Assembly (NCBI GenBank): GCA_965116515.1
Contig: OZ220705.1
Span: forward strand, 3,888,331-3,952,330
DNA: 64,000 nucleotides
Source of the DNA: Alphaproteobacteria bacterium
GTDB lineage: Bacteria > Pseudomonadota > Alphaproteobacteria > SP197
Reading direction: 5' to 3'
The position numbers were made by a program, and so were the translations under genes. The notes below the pieces were generated by a model, which worked only from the letters and a program-made list of their open reading frames with translations, had not been told where the DNA came from and searched no databases. How positions within the stretch are numbered: the stretch's first letter is position 1; each line of letters opens with the position of its first letter. Shown in pieces: positions 9,261 through 19,602 of this stretch.

Positions 9261-9431
9261 TACCGCACCGGCTGTGCTGGCAACGGAGGGGCCACCACCG
9301 GGCCGCATTCGCGATCGACCATTGACATGGCCCTCAAGGCGACCCTGGCCGGGGCCAACGCGTGCCGTGACGATCTGGACTGGTCGGCAGCCACATCGCC
9401 TCGCCAGTGCGTTGAGCGCAAGAGCCGGGAG

Positions 9432-10721
9432 TCAGGTCCAGGTGGGCGGCGTTTCCTGCAGATCAAGACGGTCGCGCATCACGCCGGAGACGAGGTACCA
9501 GGTGAGACCGAACTGTCGCAAGCCATGACGGGGGACGAGGTCCAGCGATTCCACGGGCATGTCGGTTTCCTCGCCAAGAACGAGGCGCGTGAGCTGGGTG
9601 CCGAACATCGTGCTCATGGCGACGCCGCGTCCGTTGAAACCAAGACCGGCGTGGACGTTCCGGGCGAGCCGGAAGAGACGTGGCGTGTGATCGGGTGTCA
9701 CGGCCACCCGGCCGCCCCAGCGGTGGGTCCAGGCGACGCCTTCGAGTGCCGGGAAGATCGCCGTGGCCATCTTGCGCAGATGTCCGACCGAACCCGGCTC
9801 CGCACCGTTCGTGAAGTTTCCGCGGCCACCCATGACGAAGCGGTTGTCGCGATCGAGCCGGAAATAGTGCAGCGTCCGGCGGGTCTCCGCGACAGCATGT
9901 CGACCGGGCAGGATGGCTCTGCGGCGTTCTTCATCCAGGGGCTCGCTCGCGGCGATGAAACTGGTGACGGGCACCACCGAGCGCTCGAGTCCGGGCCACA
10001 GGCGGTCGCTGTAGCCATTCGTGCAGAGCAGCAGGTGTTCGGCCTCGACTTCGCCACCCGAGGCTGCCAGGCGCCAGCCGGCACCATGCGCATGAACGCT
10101 GTGGACGCGGGTCCGGCCATGGACGATGGCGCCCCTTGCGATGGCCGCCCGCGCCAGACCGCGGGCAAATGACAGGGGTTGCACGTGTCCGCCCCGGGGG
10201 TCGTGCATGCCGATATGGTAGTAGTCCGTGCCGATGAAATCCTTCAGGGCGGCACGTTCCAGGCGCTCGACCTTCACACCCTGTTCGCCCCATTCCCGGG
10301 ACCACGCCTCGAGGAAGGCCTTGGCGTGGCGGCCAAGCCCGGCGCTGACCAGTCCGGGGCGTTCATGATCACAGTCGATGCCGTGGCGGCCAATCAGGTC
10401 GAACACGAGGTCCGTCGCCTGATCGAGCATGGCCAACACGGCAGGCGTCCTGTTGCCGCCATACTTTGCCGCAACCTCCGAGGGCAGCATGCGCCAGCCC
10501 GGATTGACCTGGCCGCCGTTTCGGCCGGAGGCGCCCCAGCCAGGTTCTCCGGCTTCCAGCACGATCACCCGCTTGCCGGCTTCAGCCAGGTGAAGTGCCG
10601 CCGACAGTCCGGTAAAGCCGCCACCGACGATGGCGACATCCGCACCGGTCTCTCCGGCAAGGGGTGGCGTGTCAATGGCAGGCGCCGCGCTCGCGGCCCA
10701 CAGGCTCTCCGGCAGCTTCAT
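9432..10721 (-). CDS. FAD-dependent oxidoreductase, DAO family (gamma-glutamylputrescine oxidase PuuB / glycine-D-amino-acid oxidase-like)
   Basis: Dinucleotide-binding motif DVAIVGGGFTGLSAALHLAEAGKRVIVLE. I chose the ATG at 10721 (MKLPESLW...). The listed ORF extends to 10820. Confidence 0.75.
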   Translation of the reverse strand: MKLPESLWAASAAPAIDTPPLAGETGADVAIVGGGFTGLSAALHLAEAGKRVIVLEAGEPGWGASGRNGGQVNPGWRMLPSEVAAKYGGNRTPAVLAMLDQATDLVFDLIGRHGIDCDHERPGLVSAGLGRHAKAFLEAWSREWGEQGVKVERLERAALKDFIGTDYYHIGMHDPRGGHVQPLSFARGLARAAIARGAIVHGRTRVHSVHAHGAGWRLAASGGEVEAEHLLLCTNGYSDRLWPGLERSVVPVTSFIAASEPLDEERRRAILPGRHAVAETRRTLHYFRLDRDNRFVMGGRGNFTNGAEPGSVGHLRKMATAIFPALEGVAWTHRWGGRVAVTPDHTPRLFRLARNVHAGLGFNGRGVAMSTMFGTQLTRLVLGEETDMPVESLDLVPRHGLRQFGLTWYLVSGVMRDRLDLQETPPTWT

Positions 10722-10788
10722 CACGGATTCCCCCGATGCAGAGGGTAGTCTAGTCTGTCCGCTGGAACCGAGACCAGACCGACGAACC

Positions 10789-12300
10789 ATGACGGCACCT
10801 CCCAACATCCTCCTTGTCATGATGGATCAACTCGCGCCTCAGGTGCTGAAGCCCTACGGCGGCACGGTGTGCCGGACGCCCAATCTGGAGCGGTTGGCCG
10901 GCGAGGGCGTTGTGTTCGAGAACGCCTACTGCAATTACCCGATCTGTGCGCCGGCTCGCTTCAGCCTTATGTCAGGCCGCATGCCGAGCCGCATCGGAGC
11001 GTTCGACAACGCAACCGAATTTCCATCCGAGGTCCCGACCTTCGCACACTATCTTCGTGCAATGGGCTATCACACGTGCCTGTCCGGCAAGATGCACTTC
11101 GTCGGTGCGGACCAGCTTCACGGTTTCGAGGACCGGGTGACGACCGACGTCTATCCCGCCGACTTCTCGTGGACCAGCGACTGGTCGCTGGGTCCGACCT
11201 TCTGGGAACCGTGGTTCCACTCGGTGCGGATGGTGCGCGATGCGGGACCTTGGCGGCGCAGCGTCAACACGAGCTACGATGAGGAGGCAACCGTCGAGGC
11301 CTGCCGCTGGCTGCACGATCACGCCGACCGGGCCGATGGCCGGCCCTTCTTCCTGGCGGCGAGCTTCATCAGCCCGCACGACCCCTACCTGGCGCCTCCG
11401 TCTCACTGGGATCTCTACACGGACGACGGGATCGACGATCCCAGGGTCGGCGACATCCCGCTCGAGGAGCGTGACCCCCACAGTCGCAGATTGTACTACA
11501 CGATCGGTCGCCACATGGAGACGATCGGTCCTGCGGACGTCCGCCGGGCGCGACGCGCCTACTATGCCGTGATGAGCTGGCTCGATGACCGCATCGGGCG
11601 GATCCTGGAGACCCTCAAGGCCATCGACGCAGACGACCATACGATCGTCGTCCTGACAGCCGATCACGGAGACATGCTTGGCGAACGCGGCCTGTGGCTC
11701 AAGATGAGCTTCTTCGAGTGGTCGGTGCGCGTACCGCTGATCGTGCATGCGCCGACGCTCTATCGAGCGCGCCGGGTCAGGGAGAACGTGTCCCTGCTGG
11801 ATCTCTTTCCGACCTTCCTGGAATGGGCCGGCGACGGCGAACTGCCGGAACTGTTCGCGCCGATCGACGGCGCCAGCGTCGCCGGACTGGCCGCCGGACA
11901 CAGTGACGGCTGGCCTGATGTCGTCGGTAGCGAGTACTGCGGTGAGGGCGCGTCCTCACCGGTGCTCATGATTCGCCGCGGACGCTGGAAGTACATCCAT
12001 TGCGAGGATGATCCGCCCCTGCTCTTCGACATCGAGCAGGATCCTGACGAACTCGTCAACCTCGCCGGGACACCGGAGGTCGGCGGCGTCGAGACCGATC
12101 TTGCCGGCGAGGTCTGTCGCTGGTGGGATACCGCGGCCCTGAAGGATCGCGTGATCGAGAGTCAGAGGCGCAGGAAGTTCCTTCACGCCGCCCTGTCGGT
12201 TGGCCGTCGCACACCCTGGGACTGGCAACCGGTGCGTGATGCCTCGCGTGAGTATGTGCGTGGCGACAGTGACGTGGATGGCATCTATGACAGGACCTGA
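10789..12300 (+). CDS. betC: Choline-sulfatase
   Basis: Sulfatase signature CAPARFSLMSGR (C-x-P-x-R). N-terminus MTAPPNILLVMMDQL. About 500 aa with the typical BetC length and C-terminal region. I chose the ATG at 10789. The listed ORF 10630.. overlaps the divergent gene. Confidence 0.8.
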   Translation: MTAPPNILLVMMDQLAPQVLKPYGGTVCRTPNLERLAGEGVVFENAYCNYPICAPARFSLMSGRMPSRIGAFDNATEFPSEVPTFAHYLRAMGYHTCLSGKMHFVGADQLHGFEDRVTTDVYPADFSWTSDWSLGPTFWEPWFHSVRMVRDAGPWRRSVNTSYDEEATVEACRWLHDHADRADGRPFFLAASFISPHDPYLAPPSHWDLYTDDGIDDPRVGDIPLEERDPHSRRLYYTIGRHMETIGPADVRRARRAYYAVMSWLDDRIGRILETLKAIDADDHTIVVLTADHGDMLGERGLWLKMSFFEWSVRVPLIVHAPTLYRARRVRENVSLLDLFPTFLEWAGDGELPELFAPIDGASVAGLAAGHSDGWPDVVGSEYCGEGASSPVLMIRRGRWKYIHCEDDPPLLFDIEQDPDELVNLAGTPEVGGVETDLAGEVCRWWDTAALKDRVIESQRRRKFLHAALSVGRRTPWDWQPVRDASREYVRGDSDVDGIYDRT

Positions 12301-12537
12301 AACCGCCGGATGACAAACGGCATGGTCGCCACCTCGGCCGCACCCGTGACCACGCCGGTGGCCGTTCCATCAACATGACCGCACGACGCACGACTTATTG
12401 CCGGCATCGACCTGCTCCCTACGTGGATCAGGAATTGCCACCGGCGCCCGACCTTCAGGCCGGGTGACGTCTGGCCCGACAATCTGCGCATAGGGTAGGC
12501 TGAATCGACGTCTCCGAACGGAACCAGGGGGGAGCCC

Positions 12538-13500
12538 GTGAAGGCAGAGACCGCAACGAACGAATGGCACCGAAGTCCGCGGCGGGTGCATGTGCACTTC
12601 GATGGCATCAGGGTCGCGGACTCCGAGCGCACCATGCTGCTCCGTCAGCACGGCTTCCTGCCGGTCTACTACTTTCCCGAAGACGACGTGCGCACCGACC
12701 TTCTGGTGGCCACCGGCTACACGACCACGTCGCCCTACAAGGGCACGGCGAACTACTGGCATCTCGACACCGGATCACGTGTCGCGCGCTTCGCCGTGTG
12801 GCGATATCTGCGGCCGAAGGACGGATCGCCCGACACCAGCGGTCACTACGGTTTCGACTGGCACAGCATGGACGCCTGGTGGGAGGAAGACGAGCGCATC
12901 CTCGTGCACGCGCGCGATCCGTTCCTGAGGGTGGACGCGGTGCGCAGCGCCCGATCCGTCAGGGTCGAGATCGCCGGGTGTACCGTTGCGGAAACGCGCC
13001 GTCCCGTGCTGTTGTTCGAGACCGGACTGGTGACGCGCTACTATGTCCCCGAAGAGGACGTGCAATCCGGATTGTTCGAGCCGAGTGCCACCTACACGCT
13101 CTGTCCCTACAAGGGTCGTGCGCGTTATCATCATGTACGGATCGATGGCACTCGCTACAGCGATGTGGCCTGGCAGTATGTCCGCCCCCTGCCCGCGGTG
13201 GCGGCGATCGCCGGACACCTTGCGTTCTGGAACGAGCGCGCCGACACGACGATCTTCGTCGACGGAAAACACCTTCCGGACAGAGGCGTGCGCTCAGCCG
13301 GTGAGGGCAGCGAAATGCTGCAGCCGTGGCGTGAGTTCTGGGGGGAACCCCCGCCAGCCGCAATGAAGAGCCGAGGCATCGGCACACAGATCGAGGCCGC
13401 GCGTCCCAACGGCCGGGCCGAGGGCCCGCCCGACGATGTCATGGACCTCGATGTCGAACGCGCCGGAGGAGGCCCGGACGACTGGCCGGAACAGGGGTGA
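12538..13500 (+). CDS. Tandem DUF427-domain protein
   Basis: Two internal repeats. Each contains VRVxF/VRVEI...PVYYFP/RYYVPEEDV...CPYKGxAxY...VAW-YxxP, the DUF427 hallmarks. GTG start at 12538 with a GGGGGAG RBS. Confidence 0.6.
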   Translation: MKAETATNEWHRSPRRVHVHFDGIRVADSERTMLLRQHGFLPVYYFPEDDVRTDLLVATGYTTTSPYKGTANYWHLDTGSRVARFAVWRYLRPKDGSPDTSGHYGFDWHSMDAWWEEDERILVHARDPFLRVDAVRSARSVRVEIAGCTVAETRRPVLLFETGLVTRYYVPEEDVQSGLFEPSATYTLCPYKGRARYHHVRIDGTRYSDVAWQYVRPLPAVAAIAGHLAFWNERADTTIFVDGKHLPDRGVRSAGEGSEMLQPWREFWGEPPPAAMKSRGIGTQIEAARPNGRAEGPPDDVMDLDVERAGGGPDDWPEQG

Positions 13501-13597
13501 CCGGACAGGCGCCGCCGTGCCCTCCCCCTGACTGGCACGCTTCAGGTGCGTGCTCTACCCTGTCGCCCAAGTCCATAGCCGGCCAGGGAGCCATGCC

Positions 13598-15394
13598 ATG
13601 ATCCAGTCACGCCCGGAACTTGTCGGAACCTTCGGCATGGTGACCACCACCCACTGGCAGGCCAGTGCCGCCGGCATGGCCATGCTGGAACGGGGCGGCA
13701 ATGCCTTCGATGCGGCAGTGGCGGCCGGCTGTGTCCTCCATGTGGTCGAACCGGACCAGAATGGTCCAGGCGGCGATGTCCCCCTCATCCTGTGGAGCGA
13801 GAAGAGGAGCAGGGTCGACGTCATCTGTGGCCAGGGGGTGGCACCGTCGACGATCTCCGGTGAGGCCCTGCGGAACATGGGCCTCGATATCATGCCGGGA
13901 ACCGGACATCTGCCCGTCGTCGTGCCCGGCAGTTTCGGGGCCTGGATGCTGCTGTTGCGCGACTACGGGTGCCTCACGGTTCGCGAGGTTCTCGAACCGG
14001 CCATCGCCATCGCCCGCGACGGCTTCCTGCTCACTCCGACGGTCGCTTCCGTTCTCCGGCAAGCGCGTCCCTTCATGGAGGAATTCTGGCCGACATCGGC
14101 AGAAGCCTACTGTGACGGCACCCTCGAGGCCGGTGACCTCCACCGCCTGCCCATGCAGGCCCGGACCTGGGAGAGGATCATCGAGGAGGCGGAGGCCGCG
14201 GGCGGTGACCGCGAGGCCCAGGTCGAGGCGGCACGCAAGGCATGGTACGAGGGGTTTGTCGCAGAGGCGATCGACCGGTTCATGCGCGAACCGGTCATGG
14301 ATTCCAGCGGCGAGGCCCATGCGGGATTTCTCACCGGCGAAGACCTGGCGCGCTGGCGCGCCACCGTCGAGGATCCGGTGACTCTGGATTACGGCGACTA
14401 CACCGTCTGCAAGGCCGGACCCTGGTCCCAGGCCCCTGTCCTGCTCCAGCAGCTGGCCCTCCTCAAGGGCTTCGACGTGGCGGCCATGGATGCGTCGGGA
14501 CCTGACTTCGTCCACGTGATTCAGGAATGCGCCAAGCTTGCCCTTGCCGACCGCGAGGCCTTCTACGGCGATCCCCGCTTTGTCGATGTGCCGCTTGAGC
14601 GGCTGCTGTCCGAAGACTACTGCGCCGGCCGGCGCCAACTCGTGGAGGAAGCCGCCAGCCTGGAGATGCGGCCCGGAACGATCGACGGTTACGGTGGCGC
14701 CATCACGCTGAGAGCTCTGGGCTCAACCAACATCGCCCATGCATCGACCTCTCCCGAGAGCAGCGCTGGATCGAAACCGTGGCGGACATGGAGCGAATTT
14801 GTGGCCCGGCGCCATGGTGATACCTGCCACTTCGACATCATCGACCGCCATGGCAACATGATTTCGGGCACCCCTTCCGGCGGTTGGCTCACGGGATCGC
14901 CTGTCGTACCCGGTCTCGGCTTTCCGGTCTCGGTCAGGGGACAGATGTTCTGGCTCGACGACGCCCATCCCAATGCACTGCAGCCAGGCAAGCGGCCTCG
15001 CACCACTCTGACTCCTACCCTGGCGCTTCACAGGGGCGAACCGCGCCTCGTCTTCGGCACGCCCGGGGGCGATCATCAGGACCAGTGGTCTCTCCATGCC
15101 TTCCTGCGCCATGTGGATCACGGCATGACTCTCCAGGAGTCCCTTGACGCGCCATCCTTCTACACCGACCACATGCCGAGTTCGTTCTACCCGCGCGAGT
15201 GGATGCCGGGTCATCTGGCCATCGAGGATCATTTCCCCCGGTCCACCCTCGATGACCTCGACCGCAGGGGTCACGACCTCAGGATCTATCCGCGCTGGAG
15301 TCACTACAACTCGATGACAATGGCCTCGAAGGAAGGCCGCGTGCTGCGCGCCGCCGCCAGTCCGCGCCGGCAGTGCTACGCCGTGGGTCGCTGA
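13598..15394 (+). CDS. ggt: Gamma-glutamyltransferase family protein
   Basis: N-terminal GMVTTTHWQASAAGMAMLERGGNAFDAAVAAG. Autoprocessing/nucleophile region TCHFDIIDRHGNMISGTPSGG. GTPGG motif. Start chosen at MIQSRPELVG. Confidence 0.8.
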   Translation: MIQSRPELVGTFGMVTTTHWQASAAGMAMLERGGNAFDAAVAAGCVLHVVEPDQNGPGGDVPLILWSEKRSRVDVICGQGVAPSTISGEALRNMGLDIMPGTGHLPVVVPGSFGAWMLLLRDYGCLTVREVLEPAIAIARDGFLLTPTVASVLRQARPFMEEFWPTSAEAYCDGTLEAGDLHRLPMQARTWERIIEEAEAAGGDREAQVEAARKAWYEGFVAEAIDRFMREPVMDSSGEAHAGFLTGEDLARWRATVEDPVTLDYGDYTVCKAGPWSQAPVLLQQLALLKGFDVAAMDASGPDFVHVIQECAKLALADREAFYGDPRFVDVPLERLLSEDYCAGRRQLVEEAASLEMRPGTIDGYGGAITLRALGSTNIAHASTSPESSAGSKPWRTWSEFVARRHGDTCHFDIIDRHGNMISGTPSGGWLTGSPVVPGLGFPVSVRGQMFWLDDAHPNALQPGKRPRTTLTPTLALHRGEPRLVFGTPGGDHQDQWSLHAFLRHVDHGMTLQESLDAPSFYTDHMPSSFYPREWMPGHLAIEDHFPRSTLDDLDRRGHDLRIYPRWSHYNSMTMASKEGRVLRAAASPRRQCYAVGR

Positions 15395-15400
15395 TCCGTT

Positions 15401-16441
15401 TCAGCAGGGGTTGAGCGGCGGCTCGCCGTCGATGTAGCGCCGCACTTCCTCCGCCAACCGCGTTGCAGCGTCGCGCACGGTCTTCATGGAGGCCCCGGCG
15501 ATATGCGGTGTCAGGACCACGCCGGGGTGGGAGAGCAACGGCCAGTGCGCCGGCGCGGGCTCGACGGCGAAAGTCTCCAGCATCGCCCCCCTGAGGTGCC
15601 CGCTGTCGAGCGCACATGCGAGAGCATCGTAGTCGACGAGCGGTCCACGGGCCGTATTGACGAACCAGGCCCCCTGCTTCATCCGGGCGAAGGCGTCCGC
15701 GTTCATGAACCCTTCGGTCCGGGGGGTGACGCGAGCGTGCAGTGTCACGAGATCCGACTGTTCGAGGAGTGCATCGACATCCACCTGGCGCACCTTGTCA
15801 TCCATGTCCCCTGGCGGCACACCGATCAGGGGATCGGCGACAAGAATGTGGCAATCGAAGGCGCGCAGCAGGCGAACGACGCGAGCGCCGATGTTTCCGT
15901 AGCCGATGACACCGACAGTCATGTCACAGAGTTCCACGCCGGCCTCGTCGGCGCGGTAGAGGTCCCCCCGCCACACGCCCTGGCGCAAGGCCTCGTGTCC
16001 CCGGGCGATGTTGCGGGTCAAGGCGAGAATGGCGCCGATGGTGAATTCCGCCACCGCCGATGCGTTGCGTCCCGGCGTGTTGACGACCCGGATGCCGTGC
16101 GCCCGTGCCGCAGCCATATCGATGTTGACCGGCCCACCGCGCGAGACGGCAACACACCTCAGCCGGGGCAACCGCTCCATCATGGAGGCCGAAAGAGGAG
16201 CAAGATGGGTCACAAGGACTTCGGCGACGCCGATCCTCGCAACGATATCGTCTGGCACACCCATGTATTCCTTGAGACCATCCATTCCCGGAACCCGGTA
16301 GCCGTGTTCCATGGGCTCATCGGGCCACGCCAGTTCGTGAAGCCTTGTCACGATTCGCCTCCCGCAGGCCTTGCGCAGGGCGTCATCGAACATCCACGGG
16401 AGCATGAAGCGGTCACCAATGATCGAGATGTTCCGGGTCAT
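15401..16441 (-). CDS. D-isomer-specific 2-hydroxyacid dehydrogenase (NAD-binding)
   Basis: NAD-binding GVIGYGNIGARVVRLLRAFDCHILVADP. Catalytic region TPHIAGAS. The start overlaps the stop of the upstream kinase by 4 nt (ATGA). Confidence 0.8.
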   Translation of the reverse strand: MTRNISIIGDRFMLPWMFDDALRKACGRRIVTRLHELAWPDEPMEHGYRVPGMDGLKEYMGVPDDIVARIGVAEVLVTHLAPLSASMMERLPRLRCVAVSRGGPVNIDMAAARAHGIRVVNTPGRNASAVAEFTIGAILALTRNIARGHEALRQGVWRGDLYRADEAGVELCDMTVGVIGYGNIGARVVRLLRAFDCHILVADPLIGVPPGDMDDKVRQVDVDALLEQSDLVTLHARVTPRTEGFMNADAFARMKQGAWFVNTARGPLVDYDALACALDSGHLRGAMLETFAVEPAPAHWPLLSHPGVVLTPHIAGASMKTVRDAATRLAEEVRRYIDGEPPLNPC

Positions 16442-18021
16442 CGGTCAGCCCTGCGGTTCACGGTGGCGTGCGCACTCCACACCGGGGCCAGGGCCTCGCG
16501 GGTTCGGACATAGAGCGGATAGCGCTCCTCGTAGATTCCGACAAGTTCGGGGTCCGGCGCCTCGGCCGCTGTCAGCAGCGGTGTCACCCAGTCGGCCGTG
16601 CAGTCTTCCATGGTGGTGTAGATCCCCTGTTGCATGGCCGCGATCATCGCCGCTCCCGCCGCACCTGTCTCGTCACGCCGGGTACGGCGCAAGCGCCGGT
16701 CCAGCACGGCACCAAGAATGGCACGCAGGACGCTCGACCGTGCCGCGCCTCCCGCGAGGCGCACTTCCGGTGGAACCGGACCCATGTCGCTGTGACAATC
16801 GCGCGCCGCATAGGCGAGACCTTCCAGCACGGCGCGCGCCAGTTCTGCGAGGCCGGCCCCCGAATCGAGCCCTGTGAAACTGGCCCGCGCCTCTGGAGCA
16901 AGGAAGGGCCCGCGTTCTCCGGCCGGAGAGATGTAGGGATGATAGAGGATCCGCCCGGCTTCGCCGACATGTGCCAGAGCATCAATACGTGGCATCAGGT
17001 CTTCACGACTCCTGCTGACTCCGGAGTCCTCGAGAATGTCGCGCATGAGATCCAGCAGCCAGTCGATGTTGAGTGTGCCCGAGAGATTGGAGTGCATCTG
17101 GATGTAGGTCTCCGGAAGCGGGCAGCACATCGTGTAGCCGGAAAGCCGGGGACTGGACCGCACCGACTGTGCACCAGTCACGTAGCGCATGTGTACGCCG
17201 GTCGAGCCTATGATCGAGAAGGCGGCTCCACCTGCAGGATCGTGGATACCGCCACCAAGTGCCGTGCAGACGCCATCGATGTAGCCGAGAATCACCGGCA
17301 GGCCCTCCGGTAACCCGGTGGCGTCAGCCGCTTCACGCGTGAGCGGGTGGGAGTCCCTCATTCCGTCAACGATGTCGGGCAACAGCCTGGCATGGGATTC
17401 AAGACCGAATTGTGCCAGGGGTTCATCAGAATAATGGCGCGTGCGGAAGTTGCCGAAGGTCAGGACCGCTTCCGACGGATCAGTCACGCGCTGGCCGGTG
17501 AGCCGGTAATAGAGCCAGTCCTTGCAGTGGAAGGCGGTGGCGGCGCGCTGGAGTACATCCGGGGTATGACGGACCATCCAGGCGAGCTGACTCGATTGCT
17601 GACACGGCGCCACTCCGGTGCCCGTGGCATCATAGAGCGCCTGGTAGTCAGGCCTCTCCCGGACCCGGCGGGTCTCCTCCGCCGCTCTGCCGTCGAGCCA
17701 CAACCACGCCGGACCGACGGGATTTCCGGCCGAATCAATCAGCCATGTCCCGTCCCCCTGACCTGTCACGGCGAGGGCGCGGACCCTGCCGCGCAGACCG
17801 GGCGTACTGTCGGTGAGATCGCGCAGCGCACCGGCGGTCCCGGCCCAGGTCCGCTCCATGTCCTGTTCGGCAGCACCATCCGGACCGATCCGGTAGCTGT
17901 TGGGCCGCGACGCCACACCGATCTCGTCGCCTTCCAGCGTGAAAGCCACGGCCTTCAGCACCGAAGTGCCGGCATCCATGCCGATAATCACGTCCGCATT
18001 CACAGATGTACCGTCCGTCAC
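16438..18021 (-). CDS. FGGY-family carbohydrate kinase
   Basis: 527 aa. N-terminal IIGMDAGTSVLKAVAF and FGGY C-terminal fold. Confidence 0.75.
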   Translation of the reverse strand: MTDGTSVNADVIIGMDAGTSVLKAVAFTLEGDEIGVASRPNSYRIGPDGAAEQDMERTWAGTAGALRDLTDSTPGLRGRVRALAVTGQGDGTWLIDSAGNPVGPAWLWLDGRAAEETRRVRERPDYQALYDATGTGVAPCQQSSQLAWMVRHTPDVLQRAATAFHCKDWLYYRLTGQRVTDPSEAVLTFGNFRTRHYSDEPLAQFGLESHARLLPDIVDGMRDSHPLTREAADATGLPEGLPVILGYIDGVCTALGGGIHDPAGGAAFSIIGSTGVHMRYVTGAQSVRSSPRLSGYTMCCPLPETYIQMHSNLSGTLNIDWLLDLMRDILEDSGVSRSREDLMPRIDALAHVGEAGRILYHPYISPAGERGPFLAPEARASFTGLDSGAGLAELARAVLEGLAYAARDCHSDMGPVPPEVRLAGGAARSSVLRAILGAVLDRRLRRTRRDETGAAGAAMIAAMQQGIYTTMEDCTADWVTPLLTAAEAPDPELVGIYEERYPLYVRTREALAPVWSAHATVNRRADR

Positions 18022-18256
18022 ATGGCCAGAATCCTGATCAGGGTATCCGTGACCGGCCGGAATTGCATCAGCGCTTCATGGCGTGATCACCGAGGACGAT
18101 CGGGCGATATGGCGGACGACCGAGCCCGAAGCCGTCACCAATCGGAGCTGTCCCGACCTGCAGATCGACAGGTCGGTGTCGCCGGGCGACGAGGAATTCG
18201 GGATCGCGACGGATGGTCGTATCGGATACGCTCTGCCGGAAATTCGGGTGCATTGC

Positions 18257-19423
18257 ATGAAGATCGAACGCATCATCGCCCGTCCGCTCAAGCGGGGATC
18301 GCCTCTCGACCGGGGAACGTCGCCACGTGCGTCCATCCCGCCCGGGGGCGATGGCGGCAACACGCTGTCGCGTTACCGCGAGTTTTCCGGACGGGCCCGC
18401 GACCCCGGCGGCAGCGGCCCGCCGGCGCTGTGCCTGGCAATCGCCAGCGATGGCACCTGGGGCATGGGTATCACCGATTTCTCCGGGGCAGTCGTGCCCC
18501 TGATCAACGAGTACTTCGCTCCCATGATCGAAGGCGGCAATGCACTGGCGACCGAACGGTTGTGGGACCTCATGTTCCGTCATGCCAGCGTTCCCGGGGT
18601 GGGCGGGATTGTGAGCTACGCGATCAGCGCCATTGATCTCGCCTTGTGGGATCTCAAGGGAAAGCTCCTGCAGCGTCCGGTCTATGAACTGCTGGGCGGA
18701 CCTGCGCACGCGGAGACCTTCTGCTATGCCACCGGCCACGACGTTGCATGGATGCTCGAATCGGGCTTCGAGGCGGTCAAACTGCCATGCTTGTTAGGTG
18801 AGGCTCAGGGCATCGTGGCCCTGGAGAGGATCGAGGAGAAGGTGGCGCACGCCAGGGAGATGATCGGTCCCGAACGTGAACTGATGCTCGACTGCTGGGT
18901 GGCCGGAGATGTCGAGTTCATGGTAAGGCTTGGCGAACGGTTGCGGCCCTACGGCCTGAAGTGGCTCGAGGACTATCTCTACCCCGAGGACTTCGCCTCC
19001 TACGAGGAACTGCGCCGGCGTCTTCCCTGGCAGACACTGGCTACCGGCGAACGCTGGTTCACCCATCTTCCCTTCGGCGAGGCAGCGGCGCGCCGCACCG
19101 TCGACATTTTCCAGCCCGACGTCCGCTGGGTCGGAGGTGTGACGGCCTGTATCAAGATCGGTCACATCGCCGAAGGCGCAGGCCTCCAGGTCGCCCTGCA
19201 CGGCGGTGTCAACGACTCGTTCGGCCAGCACCTGTGCCACGCCATGCCCAGCAACATGTGGGGTGAACTCTACATTGACTCGGCTCCCGGCATCCCTCTG
19301 GAGGAAGGCTGGCGTCCAACACCGGGCATGGCCATCCCGAAAGACGGTCGCCTCGTTCCACCGGCCACGCCCGGTTTCGGCATCGAACTCACCCGCGACG
19401 AGCTTGAGGCCATGACCGACTGA
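18257..19423 (+). CDS. Enolase-superfamily dehydratase, L-rhamnonate dehydratase (RhmD)-like
   Basis: Shared blocks with RhmD as I recall it: SAIDLALWDLKGKLLQRPVYELLGG, FCYATG, LMLDCW, LKWLEDY, QPDVRWVGGVT, PGFGIELTRD. ATG at 18257. The listed ORF begins at 18083. Confidence 0.7.
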   Translation: MKIERIIARPLKRGSPLDRGTSPRASIPPGGDGGNTLSRYREFSGRARDPGGSGPPALCLAIASDGTWGMGITDFSGAVVPLINEYFAPMIEGGNALATERLWDLMFRHASVPGVGGIVSYAISAIDLALWDLKGKLLQRPVYELLGGPAHAETFCYATGHDVAWMLESGFEAVKLPCLLGEAQGIVALERIEEKVAHAREMIGPERELMLDCWVAGDVEFMVRLGERLRPYGLKWLEDYLYPEDFASYEELRRRLPWQTLATGERWFTHLPFGEAAARRTVDIFQPDVRWVGGVTACIKIGHIAEGAGLQVALHGGVNDSFGQHLCHAMPSNMWGELYIDSAPGIPLEEGWRPTPGMAIPKDGRLVPPATPGFGIELTRDELEAMTD

Positions 19424-19602
19424 TCACCCCCCTGCAATTGATTTTCTGCACGATCCGGGAAACCCCACTTGACCCGGACAGGGGAATCTCTAGCGTGACA
19501 TCGACGTGTTGGCGCAGTCGCCCGTCTGTCCTTCTTCAGGGCTTTGGGTCGTTTCAGCACCGTCGAACTGCTTTTGCTCAACCCTGTTTGGAGACTGAAC
19601 AC

